DNA of 32,000 bases. Source: a bacterium (GTDB taxonomy: Bacteria; UBP7; UBA6624; JBBIMK01). The translations under genes and the position numbers were made by a program. The stretch is taken from the NCBI GenBank assembly GCA_037444445.1, contig JBBIMK010000003.1:60572-92571 (forward strand), in the 5' to 3' direction. The notes under the pieces were generated by a model. That model had not been told where the DNA came from. It was given only the letters and a program-made list of their open reading frames with translations, and ran no database searches. The number at the start of each line of letters is the position of its first letter. Position 1 is the stretch's first letter. This document shows, one piece after another, positions 8,021 through 16,178 of this stretch.

Positions 8021-9883
8021 ATGAGCCTTCTTCACAAAAATAGATGGAAAAATCTGCTGACTTTTCTGGTGCTCCTGTCAGCCGCCCTTCTTGTGTCTTC
8101 TATCTTTGACCTGGGTCCCAAAATTGAAAAGATGCTCGGGCGCACCACCTCTGCTGAGATGAAGTCTACCTACGGTTATGTTCAATTTCCTCTGTTGAAC
8201 CGATATGTGAACTCCATCGGCACCCGAATGTCTGTTGTCGCAGAGAGGAAATCCATCTCTTACACATACTCTATCATTCCAACAGAAGAAGAAAATGCTT
8301 TCGCCGCCGGCGCAGGTTATACCTTTATCACCACAGGAATGCTAAAGATGGCGGATACAGAAGACGAGGTGGCAGGTGTCATAGGGCATGAAACGGGTCA
8401 CAACTCGGATAAACATGTGATTCAGGCAGTGAAAGACCAGTTTGGTGTCCTCGCTCTTTATCTGGCATTAGAGCCAAAAATGAGCGAGGACCAGCAGACT
8501 CTTTACGGTGTTCTGGCTACTCTCCGTTCCCTCCGATACAGCCGGAAAGATGAATACCGAGCAGATGACCTGGGCGTTCGGTATTCAGCCCGTTCCGGCT
8601 ACAATCCTTATTACTTGATTACCTCGTTTGAGAAGCTGGAGGCGGCACATCCGACGGGCAAACTCTCCAAACTGGAAGTGGCTCTTTCCAGCCACCCCCG
8701 AACTCCGGATAGAATCAACCGCATCCGTGGACAAATCCGGAACATTCAGGAGGACCCCCAGCAGAGCGCATCTCTCGGGAAACTGCTCCTGGCTCGAGGG
8801 TTTTATCAAGAATCTCTGGATTTTCTTGAACCCGCAGAAAACCGCTCTCCGGATAATGCGGAGATTCTCCTGGCTCTGGCAAAAGCCTATCAGTTTCTGG
8901 GAAAGGACCGGCAGGCGAATGAGAAACTTTCGCTGGCTCGGGCATCCAACCCATCGGCTGACCTGTCTCCGATTCCTGCTTCTTTTACGAATCAGGACAC
9001 CCTGTCTTCTTCCTCCCCCTATTCGGATGATTCTATTCTTCTGGCATATTCTGCACGCGCAGACCTTCTGTCGGGGCTGGTAGAAGCCGACCGGTCCGCT
9101 CTCCAGACATCTTTAGATTATCTGGACAGTCTCGCTATGCAAAATACACGAATGTCCGAAGTGCAAAAATCCCTTTTCTATTCCGCTGTTGCGGCTACCG
9201 AGCAACTGGAGGAACTTTACGCTTCTGATAATGCCTTGCGTCGCCTGGTCAAAAAAACCGAAGCCCTTCTTGAAAGGACGCAGAACCTGCCGGCATTCTT
9301 CCCCTCCGAATTGAGTGAGGCTACCGCCTGCCTTCTGGATGCTTCGGACGCCTGGAAAGACCGGAGTAAAAAAACCTCCTCAGAAGTGAAAGATGCTGTT
9401 CTGGCTTTCACGGGCGCTTCTCTGAATCTGAATGTCAACGGGGATTTAAAAATGGCTGAACAGCATGCCCGCACCGAGCGAGAGCGCAGGAAAACCGCAT
9501 TATCTCGCGCTTACGAGTGTTCTTCTATCGTCTACTCCCTCCGGCTTTCCGACATCTTCTATGCTCTGGAAGAGCGTTATCCTGGAACAGGCATGGCATA
9601 CCTGACGGAGAAAACCGGGCTATCGCGAGATGAAATAGAATCCGCTCTTCGCCACCAGCCCAGGGTGGGCTACATGCTGGCTGGCTACAACCTTTCCCTC
9701 CGCCATTCTCCCTCAAAGGAGTCGGATGTTCTGGGTTTCTATGCTCATCCTATTCAGGCAGAAACAGAGAAGGAGTATCTCTGGACTTATCTCAATCTCG
9801 TAGCCGGTGACCTCTATCGCCTTTACGCAGGCCCTATGTATCAACCGGATATCCTCATAGAAGTAAAAACCCCCAAAAAATAA
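8021..9883 (+). CDS. membrane-anchored M48 zinc metalloprotease with TPR region (BepA-like) and long C-terminal extension
   Basis: 620-aa ORF. N-terminal TM (LLTFLVLLSAALLVSSIF), HExxH (GHETGHNSDKH), and a TPR-like stretch (ILLALAKAYQFLGKDRQANEKL). Its ATG is 1 nt after the upstream stop (TGAAATG). Confidence 0.8.
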   Translation: MSLLHKNRWKNLLTFLVLLSAALLVSSIFDLGPKIEKMLGRTTSAEMKSTYGYVQFPLLNRYVNSIGTRMSVVAERKSISYTYSIIPTEEENAFAAGAGYTFITTGMLKMADTEDEVAGVIGHETGHNSDKHVIQAVKDQFGVLALYLALEPKMSEDQQTLYGVLATLRSLRYSRKDEYRADDLGVRYSARSGYNPYYLITSFEKLEAAHPTGKLSKLEVALSSHPRTPDRINRIRGQIRNIQEDPQQSASLGKLLLARGFYQESLDFLEPAENRSPDNAEILLALAKAYQFLGKDRQANEKLSLARASNPSADLSPIPASFTNQDTLSSSSPYSDDSILLAYSARADLLSGLVEADRSALQTSLDYLDSLAMQNTRMSEVQKSLFYSAVAATEQLEELYASDNALRRLVKKTEALLERTQNLPAFFPSELSEATACLLDASDAWKDRSKKTSSEVKDAVLAFTGASLNLNVNGDLKMAEQHARTERERRKTALSRAYECSSIVYSLRLSDIFYALEERYPGTGMAYLTEKTGLSRDEIESALRHQPRVGYMLAGYNLSLRHSPSKESDVLGFYAHPIQAETEKEYLWTYLNLVAGDLYRLYAGPMYQPDILIEVKTPKK

Positions 9884-9950
9884 ACCCAATTTGTTTCCTT
9901 GGCTGTGATTGTCAAAATATCAGAAAAGAGCAGGAAAGAAGGTTAAATCG

Positions 9951-9990
9951 CAGATTTTACGGAGAAAATTACGGGAAATCTGTGTTTTAT
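9951..9990 (+). terminator. weak intrinsic-terminator candidate after the M48 gene
   Basis: 7-bp inverted repeat CAGATTT (9951-9957) / AAATCTG (9976-9982) followed by TGTTTTATCTT. The stem is AT-rich and the loop is 18 nt, so support is weak. Confidence 0.2.
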
Positions 9991-10012
9991 CTTATTTGGA
10001 ATAAGGAGCCTG

Positions 10013-10021
10013 TGATATAAT
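10013..10021 (+). promoter_or_regulatory. extended -10 promoter candidate for tRNA-Gln
   Basis: TGaTATAAT (10013-10021), 12 nt upstream of the mature tRNA 5' end. Confidence 0.4.
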
Positions 10022-10033
10022 GAAATTCGGTTT

Positions 10034-10104
10034 TGGGGAGTCGTCTAACGGCAGGACAGTGGACTCTGGATCCATCAATGGAGGTTCGAGTCCTCCCTCC
10101 CCAG
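10034..10104 (+). tRNA. tRNA-Gln (anticodon CTG)
   Basis: Hand-folded cloverleaf. Acceptor TGGGGAG/CTCCCCA (U1-A72 as in bacterial tRNA-Gln). D arm GTCT-AACGGCA-GGAC. Anticodon arm GTGGA-CTCTGGA-TCCAT, giving anticodon CUG. T arm GGAGG-TTCGAGT-CCTCC. Discriminator G. CCA is not encoded. Confidence 0.9.
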
Positions 10105-10168
10105 TGGTGTTAGGTTTGCCCGGGCCGGGTCAGGAAAGGGAGAAAATGAATGAGGTGAGTCAAAGGGT

Positions 10169-11686
10169 GTGGAGAAGGAAGTTTTTTCTCAGATGAAAAT
10201 TACTATCCCGAAGTCGCAAGCGAATTTTCTTCGTCACAATTTTGCGAAAATTATTCGCCTTTCAGTTCCTTATGGCAAGGAACTCTATTCCGGCTCCGAC
10301 TCCTCACGGATTGCCCAGGAGTTTTCTTCTCTTTTAATCCACCTGATTAAAAGTGTAGAAGAAGAGAATCCAGAATATTTTTTCTCGGCTCTTCACCGCG
10401 CCTTTATGGAATGGATTTCCAAGGGTGTGTATCTGGACCGAGTAGAGCAGATTTTCAGAAAAATCTTCCAGCGATTGGAGGAAGAGTTCAAGGAAGAACT
10501 CGCAGGGTTGTTAATGGCATTCCCCGAACGCCGCGAGATTTTCTTTCAAATCGTGAGGGAATATACCAACGCTTTCCGAGAATTTTCAGAGCGTCAGTTG
10601 AAGGAACTGGAAATCTTAAACCTGTTGGGAGATTTTACGAAGGAGGACTTAAAGCGGTTATTCAGGAAGATTTTCCGTAAGACACTACGGGCGTTGAATG
10701 CTCAATACGGTGTTCTCTATTATCATGAAAATTCCCTGGAGATTCTTCAAAAGAAATTGGTGGAGGGAAGCGCTTTTCCCTTTAGCAAACTTGAACTGAG
10801 ACGTTTTTTAAAGGATACCGCCTATGACCCTAAAGTTCTCCAGGCGTTTCACCGTATCCTTCAGAAAGGAGAAGTTCGCTCCTTGACCGGGAGCCTGGAG
10901 ACGGATATAAGAAAGTTGCTTCACCAGGAATGCTCCGTGTGTTCTGGAGAGCCTGTGTTAGTTACGCGCTATACAGGTGTTTTTGAATGTCCGCTGATAC
11001 AGACCTTGAAGGTGGGGTCTCTGATGTGTGTTCCCTTTTATCGGAATGGAGAGAAACGAGGATTCTTCCTGCTCACTCGCCCGGGTGGTCTCGCCTTTAA
11101 TCCATATGACCTGCAATTTCTGAAGGTTCTGGTGAACGATGTGGCTCGGGGTATGGAGAATTACATCCTGTATTCGGAGCTTCGCCGCCTGGCTACTACG
11201 GATGCCCTGACAGGGATTTATAACCGCCGATACTTGATTGAAGCGATGCGTAGAGAGCACGAACGCTCTAAACGCTATCAAAAATCCTATGCCCTGGTGA
11301 TGGCTGACCTGGACCATTTCAAGGAGGTCAATGACCAGTATGGACATGCGGCCGGGGATGAAGCATTAAAGGTATTCGGTAGAATCCTTAAAAACTATTC
11401 TCGTATCACGGATGTGGTGGGACGCTACGGTGGAGAAGAATTTCTGGTCATCATCCCGGAAGGAACGGTGACCAGCAGCGCCGCTTTTGCGGAACGCATC
11501 CGAAAAACCCTGGAGCAAACGGTGATTACTTCCCCGGTAGGTGTGCGCTTCCGAATTACTGCCAGTTTCGGTGTTTGTTCCTATCCCCATCACGGAAAAA
11601 ATCCAGAGAAACTTTTGAAAAAAGTGGATGATTTCCTGTATCAAGCGAAGAAACGAGGGCGTAACCGAGTAGAGGTGGCTTCGTGA
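10169..11686 (+). CDS. diguanylate cyclase with large N-terminal sensory (GAF-like) region
   Basis: 505-aa ORF. C-terminal GGDEF domain (RYGGEEFLVII) with an RxxD I-site (RITD) five residues upstream. The ~330-aa N-terminal region is helical/GAF-like. Start is GTG 10169 or ATG 10193. Confidence 0.85.
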   Translation: MEKEVFSQMKITIPKSQANFLRHNFAKIIRLSVPYGKELYSGSDSSRIAQEFSSLLIHLIKSVEEENPEYFFSALHRAFMEWISKGVYLDRVEQIFRKIFQRLEEEFKEELAGLLMAFPERREIFFQIVREYTNAFREFSERQLKELEILNLLGDFTKEDLKRLFRKIFRKTLRALNAQYGVLYYHENSLEILQKKLVEGSAFPFSKLELRRFLKDTAYDPKVLQAFHRILQKGEVRSLTGSLETDIRKLLHQECSVCSGEPVLVTRYTGVFECPLIQTLKVGSLMCVPFYRNGEKRGFFLLTRPGGLAFNPYDLQFLKVLVNDVARGMENYILYSELRRLATTDALTGIYNRRYLIEAMRREHERSKRYQKSYALVMADLDHFKEVNDQYGHAAGDEALKVFGRILKNYSRITDVVGRYGGEEFLVIIPEGTVTSSAAFAERIRKTLEQTVITSPVGVRFRITASFGVCSYPHHGKNPEKLLKKVDDFLYQAKKRGRNRVEVAS

Positions 11687-12885
11687 AACGCTCCCAAATC
11701 TTGAAAGAGTTCATCAGCGTTTCTTCTGCTCTTGCCTCCCTGGTGGAGCGTCGGTCCACTCAACACCCCTTTCATGTGGCATGGCTGTCGCGTCGGATGG
11801 GAGAATCCCTGAACCTCTCCAGGAAAAGTCTCAGAAACCTTCAATATGCTGCCCTTCTGCATGATATTGGTGAGATTGCTATCCCCGACCGAATCCTCGA
11901 TAAGCCCGGACAACTCACTCTCGCGGAACGCCTGCAAATGGAACGGCATGTTCTCATAGGCTACAATGTGGTTTTCAAAATTCCAACGCTGGAAGAGGCA
12001 GCCCTTTTCATTCGCTGGCACCACGAGAAAATAGACGGAACCGGCTACCCCGATGGGTTAGAAAACGGTGCCATTCCGATAGAAGCATCGGTGCTGTCTC
12101 TGGCCGATGTGTTTGAAACACTGACGAGTGACCGCCCCTTCCGGAAAGCCTTGCCACAAGCAGTAGCCCTTGAAACCATCCAAAAAATGTCTGGCATTGC
12201 TTTTCCTCCCCGGGTCGTCTCTGCCTTTCTGAAGGTTTTCACCGAGCGAAAATCCCCCCCCACAGATGTTCTACTGAACTATGACCAGGAGAGCGAAGAG
12301 GATTTGAGTGAGGATGAATTGATTTTTCATGCCTTTGCCATTTCCACTGTTCTATCAGAGTTGGTTTCGGAGAGGCATTCTCATCTGAAAAGCCATGCCG
12401 TTCGCACTTCTCTCCTGTGTAGCGCTCTGGGGAATGAACTGGGTCTATCTCATAATGATTTGTTCACTCTGGAACTGGCCGCCCTCTTACATGAGGTAGG
12501 CATGGCGGCTATACCTTCAGAGATTCTGTTATCTCGCCGTAAGTTGACCCCTGATGAAAGAGAAATGATTCATCGTCATCCTATCTATTCAGAAGAAATT
12601 GCCTCACAGTTGTCTTCTTTTCCAGAGGTGGCCACTGTCATTCGTAGTCATCATGAGCGCTATGATGGAAAAGGATATCCCGATGGTTTGAAGGGGGAAG
12701 AGATTCCCTACCTATCCCGAATTCTTGCCGTGTGCTCTTCTTTTGAGGCGATGCTTTCGCGTCGCCCTTATCGCCGAGCGATGAGCCCCTCAGCGGCTTT
12801 TGAAACGTTCTTATCCAGCCTGGGAAAGCAATTTGACCCGGGGCTACAGAAAGCCCTGGAAGCTCTCCTCGTTCATCGTGTATAG
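11683..12885 (+). CDS. tandem HD-GYP domain protein (c-di-GMP phosphodiesterase family)
   Basis: 400-aa ORF. Domain 1 has LLHDIGEIAIP and HHEKIDGTGYPDGL. Domain 2 has LLHEVGMAAIP and HHERYDGKGYPDGL. Its GTG start overlaps the cyclase stop (GTGA). Confidence 0.85.
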   Translation: MKRSQILKEFISVSSALASLVERRSTQHPFHVAWLSRRMGESLNLSRKSLRNLQYAALLHDIGEIAIPDRILDKPGQLTLAERLQMERHVLIGYNVVFKIPTLEEAALFIRWHHEKIDGTGYPDGLENGAIPIEASVLSLADVFETLTSDRPFRKALPQAVALETIQKMSGIAFPPRVVSAFLKVFTERKSPPTDVLLNYDQESEEDLSEDELIFHAFAISTVLSELVSERHSHLKSHAVRTSLLCSALGNELGLSHNDLFTLELAALLHEVGMAAIPSEILLSRRKLTPDEREMIHRHPIYSEEIASQLSSFPEVATVIRSHHERYDGKGYPDGLKGEEIPYLSRILAVCSSFEAMLSRRPYRRAMSPSAAFETFLSSLGKQFDPGLQKALEALLVHRV

Positions 12886-13714
12886 GTCTTTTGCTCAGGT
12901 CGTCATAGATGAAATCGCTCCTCATTATGTGGAATCCATTCTCTTTCCTGATCCTCTGGATTGGCGTCTTCCTTATTTTCTAAAGCGGGAAGGATACCAG
13001 ATCCTCTCCGCCCACCAAAACCATCTTGTTTTTTTGTTCGCACGAGGATTCGTTGAGAATAATCGGACAAAACTGACCGGCAGTGATAAAAAGCTGTTCC
13101 TTACTGCAGAACCGATGAAGGATTTTCCTCCTGTATTCCGCCTTCCTTTCTTATCTACTTCTCAAATGGGACTTCTGGCCGCCTGGGCAGAACGAATAGA
13201 TGGAGTGGCGGATGACCTTCAAAGGTCCCTGTTGTGGTGGGTATTTTATCGTGTGATGTTCTACTGGTATTACCAGCAGGGAAAACCCCTTCTGGCTGTG
13301 AAACAAATAGCGGACCATTACATTCGGGAAGCGAATCGGCTCGTGTTCAATAATGGCCGTGCCAACCTGGCACTCTGGTCTTCTTCCTCCGAGGTTTTCC
13401 CTTTATTCCCCGGCGAAATGGTGTGTTTCACCCTGGAGGAGGGATTTCGGCTTCATCCTGTTCGTAAGGCATTTCAGGCAATTCTCCATCGGACGATGTC
13501 AAAATATTATCCTGCTCACCAGCCCGGGGAGTTCATTCCCGAACGATGGTCTCGGTTTCAGGATGTCCCCGTATGGTGTTTCCACATCACGAGTTCCGTT
13601 AGATTTTTGAAGCAGGTAGACAAATCCCTCGGTGAATTCAAACGAAGAAAAAAAACTATCTCTCTTTACACACCTGAAGATAAGAAAGGCAGTTTTGTAG
13701 TTCTGGGGTGGTGA
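12800..13714 (+). CDS. hypothetical protein, no recognisable domain
   Basis: 304-aa ORF rich in aromatic residues (LLWWVFYRVMFYWYYQQGK). The first 86 nt overlap the HD-GYP gene, so the true start may be the in-frame GTG at 12929. It ends at TGA 13712-13714, in the same frame as rpiB. Confidence 0.5.
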   Translation: MKRSYPAWESNLTRGYRKPWKLSSFIVYRSFAQVVIDEIAPHYVESILFPDPLDWRLPYFLKREGYQILSAHQNHLVFLFARGFVENNRTKLTGSDKKLFLTAEPMKDFPPVFRLPFLSTSQMGLLAAWAERIDGVADDLQRSLLWWVFYRVMFYWYYQQGKPLLAVKQIADHYIREANRLVFNNGRANLALWSSSSEVFPLFPGEMVCFTLEEGFRLHPVRKAFQAILHRTMSKYYPAHQPGEFIPERWSRFQDVPVWCFHITSSVRFLKQVDKSLGEFKRRKKTISLYTPEDKKGSFVVLGW

Positions 13715-13720
13715 AGAAAT

Positions 13721-14179
13721 ATCCTCGGAAAAAGGATTGCTATTGGATGCGACCATAACGGCTACTGGCTGAAGGAGGAGTTGAAGCGAATGCTGGTGCA
13801 GAATGGCTATTCGGTGATGGATGAGGGCACTCACTCTGCAGAATCTGTGGACTACCCGGATTTTGGTGTGGTGGTGGCTCAGGCTGTTTCTCGGGGCGAG
13901 GCAGGTTGCGGGGTGCTCATCTGTGGAACTGGCATTGGAATGTCTATGGTCGCCAATCGGGTGAAAGGGGTGCGCGCCGCTCGGTGTTTGGACCTGTATT
14001 CGGCTCGGATGGCGCGGCAGGACAATGATGCCAATGTGCTTTGCCTCGGTGGGCGCCTCCTGGCTCCTGCTCTTGCCTGGGAAATCCTCAAAGTTTTTCT
14101 GGAAACCCCTTTTGAGGGTGGACGCCACCTCCGAAGAATCCAGAAAATCCATCGGTTAGACCCGCCGGAATCCCCATGA
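13721..14179 (+). CDS. rpiB: ribose-5-phosphate isomerase B
   Basis: Strong RpiB/LacAB pattern: IAIGCDHNGYWLKEEL...VLICGTGIGMSMVANRVKGVRAA...ARQDNDANVLCLGGR...FEGGRHLRRI. The conserved N-terminal IAIGCDHNG lies upstream of the first canonical start (TTG 13781). Only ATC 13721 and ATT 13736/13742 are available, so the 5' end is uncertain. Confidence 0.75.
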   Translation: MLGKRIAIGCDHNGYWLKEELKRMLVQNGYSVMDEGTHSAESVDYPDFGVVVAQAVSRGEAGCGVLICGTGIGMSMVANRVKGVRAARCLDLYSARMARQDNDANVLCLGGRLLAPALAWEILKVFLETPFEGGRHLRRIQKIHRLDPPESP

Positions 14180-14874
14180 AATCCCTTGCTCATTCTTCCC
14201 GTGAACAGCCCCTTTCCACCTGGCTTCGTCTGCTGGATGAAGAAATTTCATCCATCGTGTCCCAGTTAAAAGCCGAGAAGGAAATAGACCGAAAGTTATT
14301 CTTGTATGAGAGATTATATGACCTGGTGGATGTGAGCCGACGCTGCATTAAGGTTTTCCACGAGGTGGAGCGCGCCCCCTTGAAACGAACTCCATATGAG
14401 TTGTTATCCCTGATTGAGAAAGCCGTGGCTCAAGCGGAGAAAAATGAAGACAACACGAAGTTCTCTACAATTCAGAGGGTGCTCAAACAGCTCCTGCCGG
14501 ATTTTGATACGAAGGATTACTTTCGTGTGAGCAAGTTCTCAGACCTGTTAAAGCTGGCGGAAAAAGAGGGTCTGGTAAAACTTCTGCCCCGGGTGGCTCC
14601 CGAGGAAGCCTATCTGGCTCCTACGCCGGTTCAAACTCAACTGCTGGATATCCTTTCTCGGAAGATTTCGCAGGAAAAGAAAAAGGGAAATCTTGTTCTA
14701 AAAGTCAGCGAACTCCAGAGCCAATGCAATCGTATCTTCCACGGAAAGTTGACTGAACGCTTAAAGAAAAGTGGGTTCTCTTCCTTTGAGGAATTGCTCC
14801 AGCGCGCCCGGAAACTCGGTAGAATCACCCTCTTTAGTTTAGGGGATGAATTAGTGGTCTATGGCAGGGATTGA
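14176..14874 (+). CDS. hypothetical protein with two OST-HTH/LOTUS-like domains
   Basis: 232-aa ORF. FSTIQRVLKQLLPDFDTKDYFRVSKFSDLLKLAEKEGLVKL and LKVSELQSQCNRIFHGKLTERLKKSGFSSFEELLQRARKLGRITL resemble the OST-HTH pattern (PdFd..yGf.klsdll). ATG overlaps the rpiB stop (ATGA). Confidence 0.55.
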   Translation: MKSLAHSSREQPLSTWLRLLDEEISSIVSQLKAEKEIDRKLFLYERLYDLVDVSRRCIKVFHEVERAPLKRTPYELLSLIEKAVAQAEKNEDNTKFSTIQRVLKQLLPDFDTKDYFRVSKFSDLLKLAEKEGLVKLLPRVAPEEAYLAPTPVQTQLLDILSRKISQEKKKGNLVLKVSELQSQCNRIFHGKLTERLKKSGFSSFEELLQRARKLGRITLFSLGDELVVYGRD

Positions 14875-14998
14875 ACTTTCGCGCTCTCCTGTTCTCCGGT
14901 GGAGCCTGGCTATCCTGACGGGTTTTGTATCTGGTGTTCTCTTCGGCCTGATTGCAGTGGCACTGACCCTGCTCTTTACCTATGTCATTGTCCATTGA
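14861..14998 (+). CDS. candidate 45-aa single-pass membrane micro-protein
   Basis: Not in the ORF track because it is under 60 aa. ATG 14861 to TGA 14996-14998 translates to MAGIELSRSPVLRWSLAILTGFVSGVLFGLIAVALTLLFTYVIVH. It has one clear TM helix and fills the gap before selD. No homology evidence. Confidence 0.35.
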   Translation: MAGIELSRSPVLRWSLAILTGFVSGVLFGLIAVALTLLFTYVIVH

Positions 14999-15043
14999 AC
15001 TTTCCATTTTTGGCGAATTCAAATCCTGTAGAGGGAGATACGC

Positions 15044-16081
15044 ATGAAAATTCAGTTAACGAAGTATTCCCGCTTTTGCGGGTGTGGAGCGAAGATGCCA
15101 CCGGGCACCCTGGACTCCCTCCTTTCTATGGTTCCTTTCACACGCGAAAGCAGTGTGGTGGTAGGCATTGAATCCCGTGATGATGCAGGCGTGTATAAAA
15201 TCAGCAAAACCCACGGGTGGGTTTTCACAGCCGATGTCATTACACCGGTAGATAACCGGGCAGAGTATTTCGGCGCCATCGCAGCCGCCAACGCTCTCTC
15301 CGATATTTACGCCATGGGGGGAACACCTATTATGGCGTTGAATATCCTCGGATTCCCTCTGGGTGAGTTGCCTGAATCTATTGCCAGCCGGATTCTGGAT
15401 GGAGGTAGAAAGGTGCTTCAGAATGCTCATTGTGCCATCCTCGGTGGCCACACCCTGAATGATAAGGAATTAAAATATGGGCTGGCAGTGATGGGAAGAG
15501 TGAAACTTCCGGAGATGATGAGGAATTCTCTGGCTAAACCGGGCGATGTGCTTCTTCTCACCAAGCCTATTGGAAGTGGGATTCTGGTGAAAGCCTTGAA
15601 AGATGAAAAAATTGAGGAATCCCTTTTTCATCCCTGCCGGCGATGGATGATGGAGCTAAATCAGGAAGCCTCTCGCCTGGCGGTAGAAACAGGAATCCGT
15701 GCTGCCACCGATGTGACAGGTTTTGGCTTGCTGGGGCATCTCTACCTGATGGCCCGTGCCTCACGGGTGGATATGTATATTGAATCCTCACAGGTCCCGG
15801 TTCTGGATGGAGTCTGGGCCTTCGTTGAAAAAGGGTGGATTCCAAGTGCCAACAACAAGAATCTGGAGTTTGTTCGTCCTCATCTGGTGGCAGGGAAAAA
15901 TATTCCTCCGGAAATGCTATATCTTTTGTGCGACGCACAAACCTCCGGAGGCTTGTTGTTTTCTGTCCCATCGGTAATGCAACGGCTCGCCAGATTGAAA
16001 AAAAAGTTTGTGGAAAATCATGTTTTCTTTCGTGAAATTGGATGGGTAGGAAAAGGGTGCGGAAAAATTCATGTTCTCTAA
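15044..16081 (+). CDS. selD: selenide, water dikinase (selenophosphate synthetase), Cys form
   Basis: 345-aa ORF. N-terminal LTKYSRFCGCGAKMPPGTL aligns with the SelD Cys/Lys loop. PurM-like body (DDAGVY, TDVTGFGLLGH). GAGGGAG Shine-Dalgarno 7 nt upstream. Confidence 0.9.
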   Translation: MKIQLTKYSRFCGCGAKMPPGTLDSLLSMVPFTRESSVVVGIESRDDAGVYKISKTHGWVFTADVITPVDNRAEYFGAIAAANALSDIYAMGGTPIMALNILGFPLGELPESIASRILDGGRKVLQNAHCAILGGHTLNDKELKYGLAVMGRVKLPEMMRNSLAKPGDVLLLTKPIGSGILVKALKDEKIEESLFHPCRRWMMELNQEASRLAVETGIRAATDVTGFGLLGHLYLMARASRVDMYIESSQVPVLDGVWAFVEKGWIPSANNKNLEFVRPHLVAGKNIPPEMLYLLCDAQTSGGLLFSVPSVMQRLARLKKKFVENHVFFREIGWVGKGCGKIHVL

Positions 16082-16178
16082 TTTTCCCTGCCTCTGATTT
16101 CGGAGAGAGAAATTCGGCTGGCGGTGTGCCCTGCCATTTGCCCTACAGGGGTTGATATAATTTAAAGGGTAACGAATT

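Noticed and set aside
13712-13747. TGA 13712-13714 as a selenocysteine codon fusing the 304-aa ORF to RpiB. This was tempting because selD lies 1.3 kb downstream.
   Set aside because: The only downstream structure is a 5-bp hairpin (ATCCT/AGGAT, 13721-13737, loop CGGAAAA), plus at most 3 weak extra pairs. It does not resemble a bacterial SECIS. Nothing suggests a redox Cys/Sec position here. It is kept only as an open junction problem in the findings.
13499-14152. 217-aa minus-strand track ORF. Similar long antisense ORFs occur at 1297-1806, 15056-15451, 15567-15971, 24567-24968, 26042-26551, 29729-30172 and 31449-31853.
   Set aside because: Each lies fully antisense to a gene with strong family motifs (rpiB, NHL protein, selD, HEAT protein, mutS, PKD protein, cysteine synthase). 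Their translations are low-complexity and Arg/Ser/Pro-rich, so they are shadow ORFs.
14899-15171. 90-aa plus-strand ORF spanning the gap before selD.
   Set aside because: It overlaps the first 128 nt of selD out of frame and has no recognisable features. The 45-codon TM ORF (14861-14998) explains the gap better.
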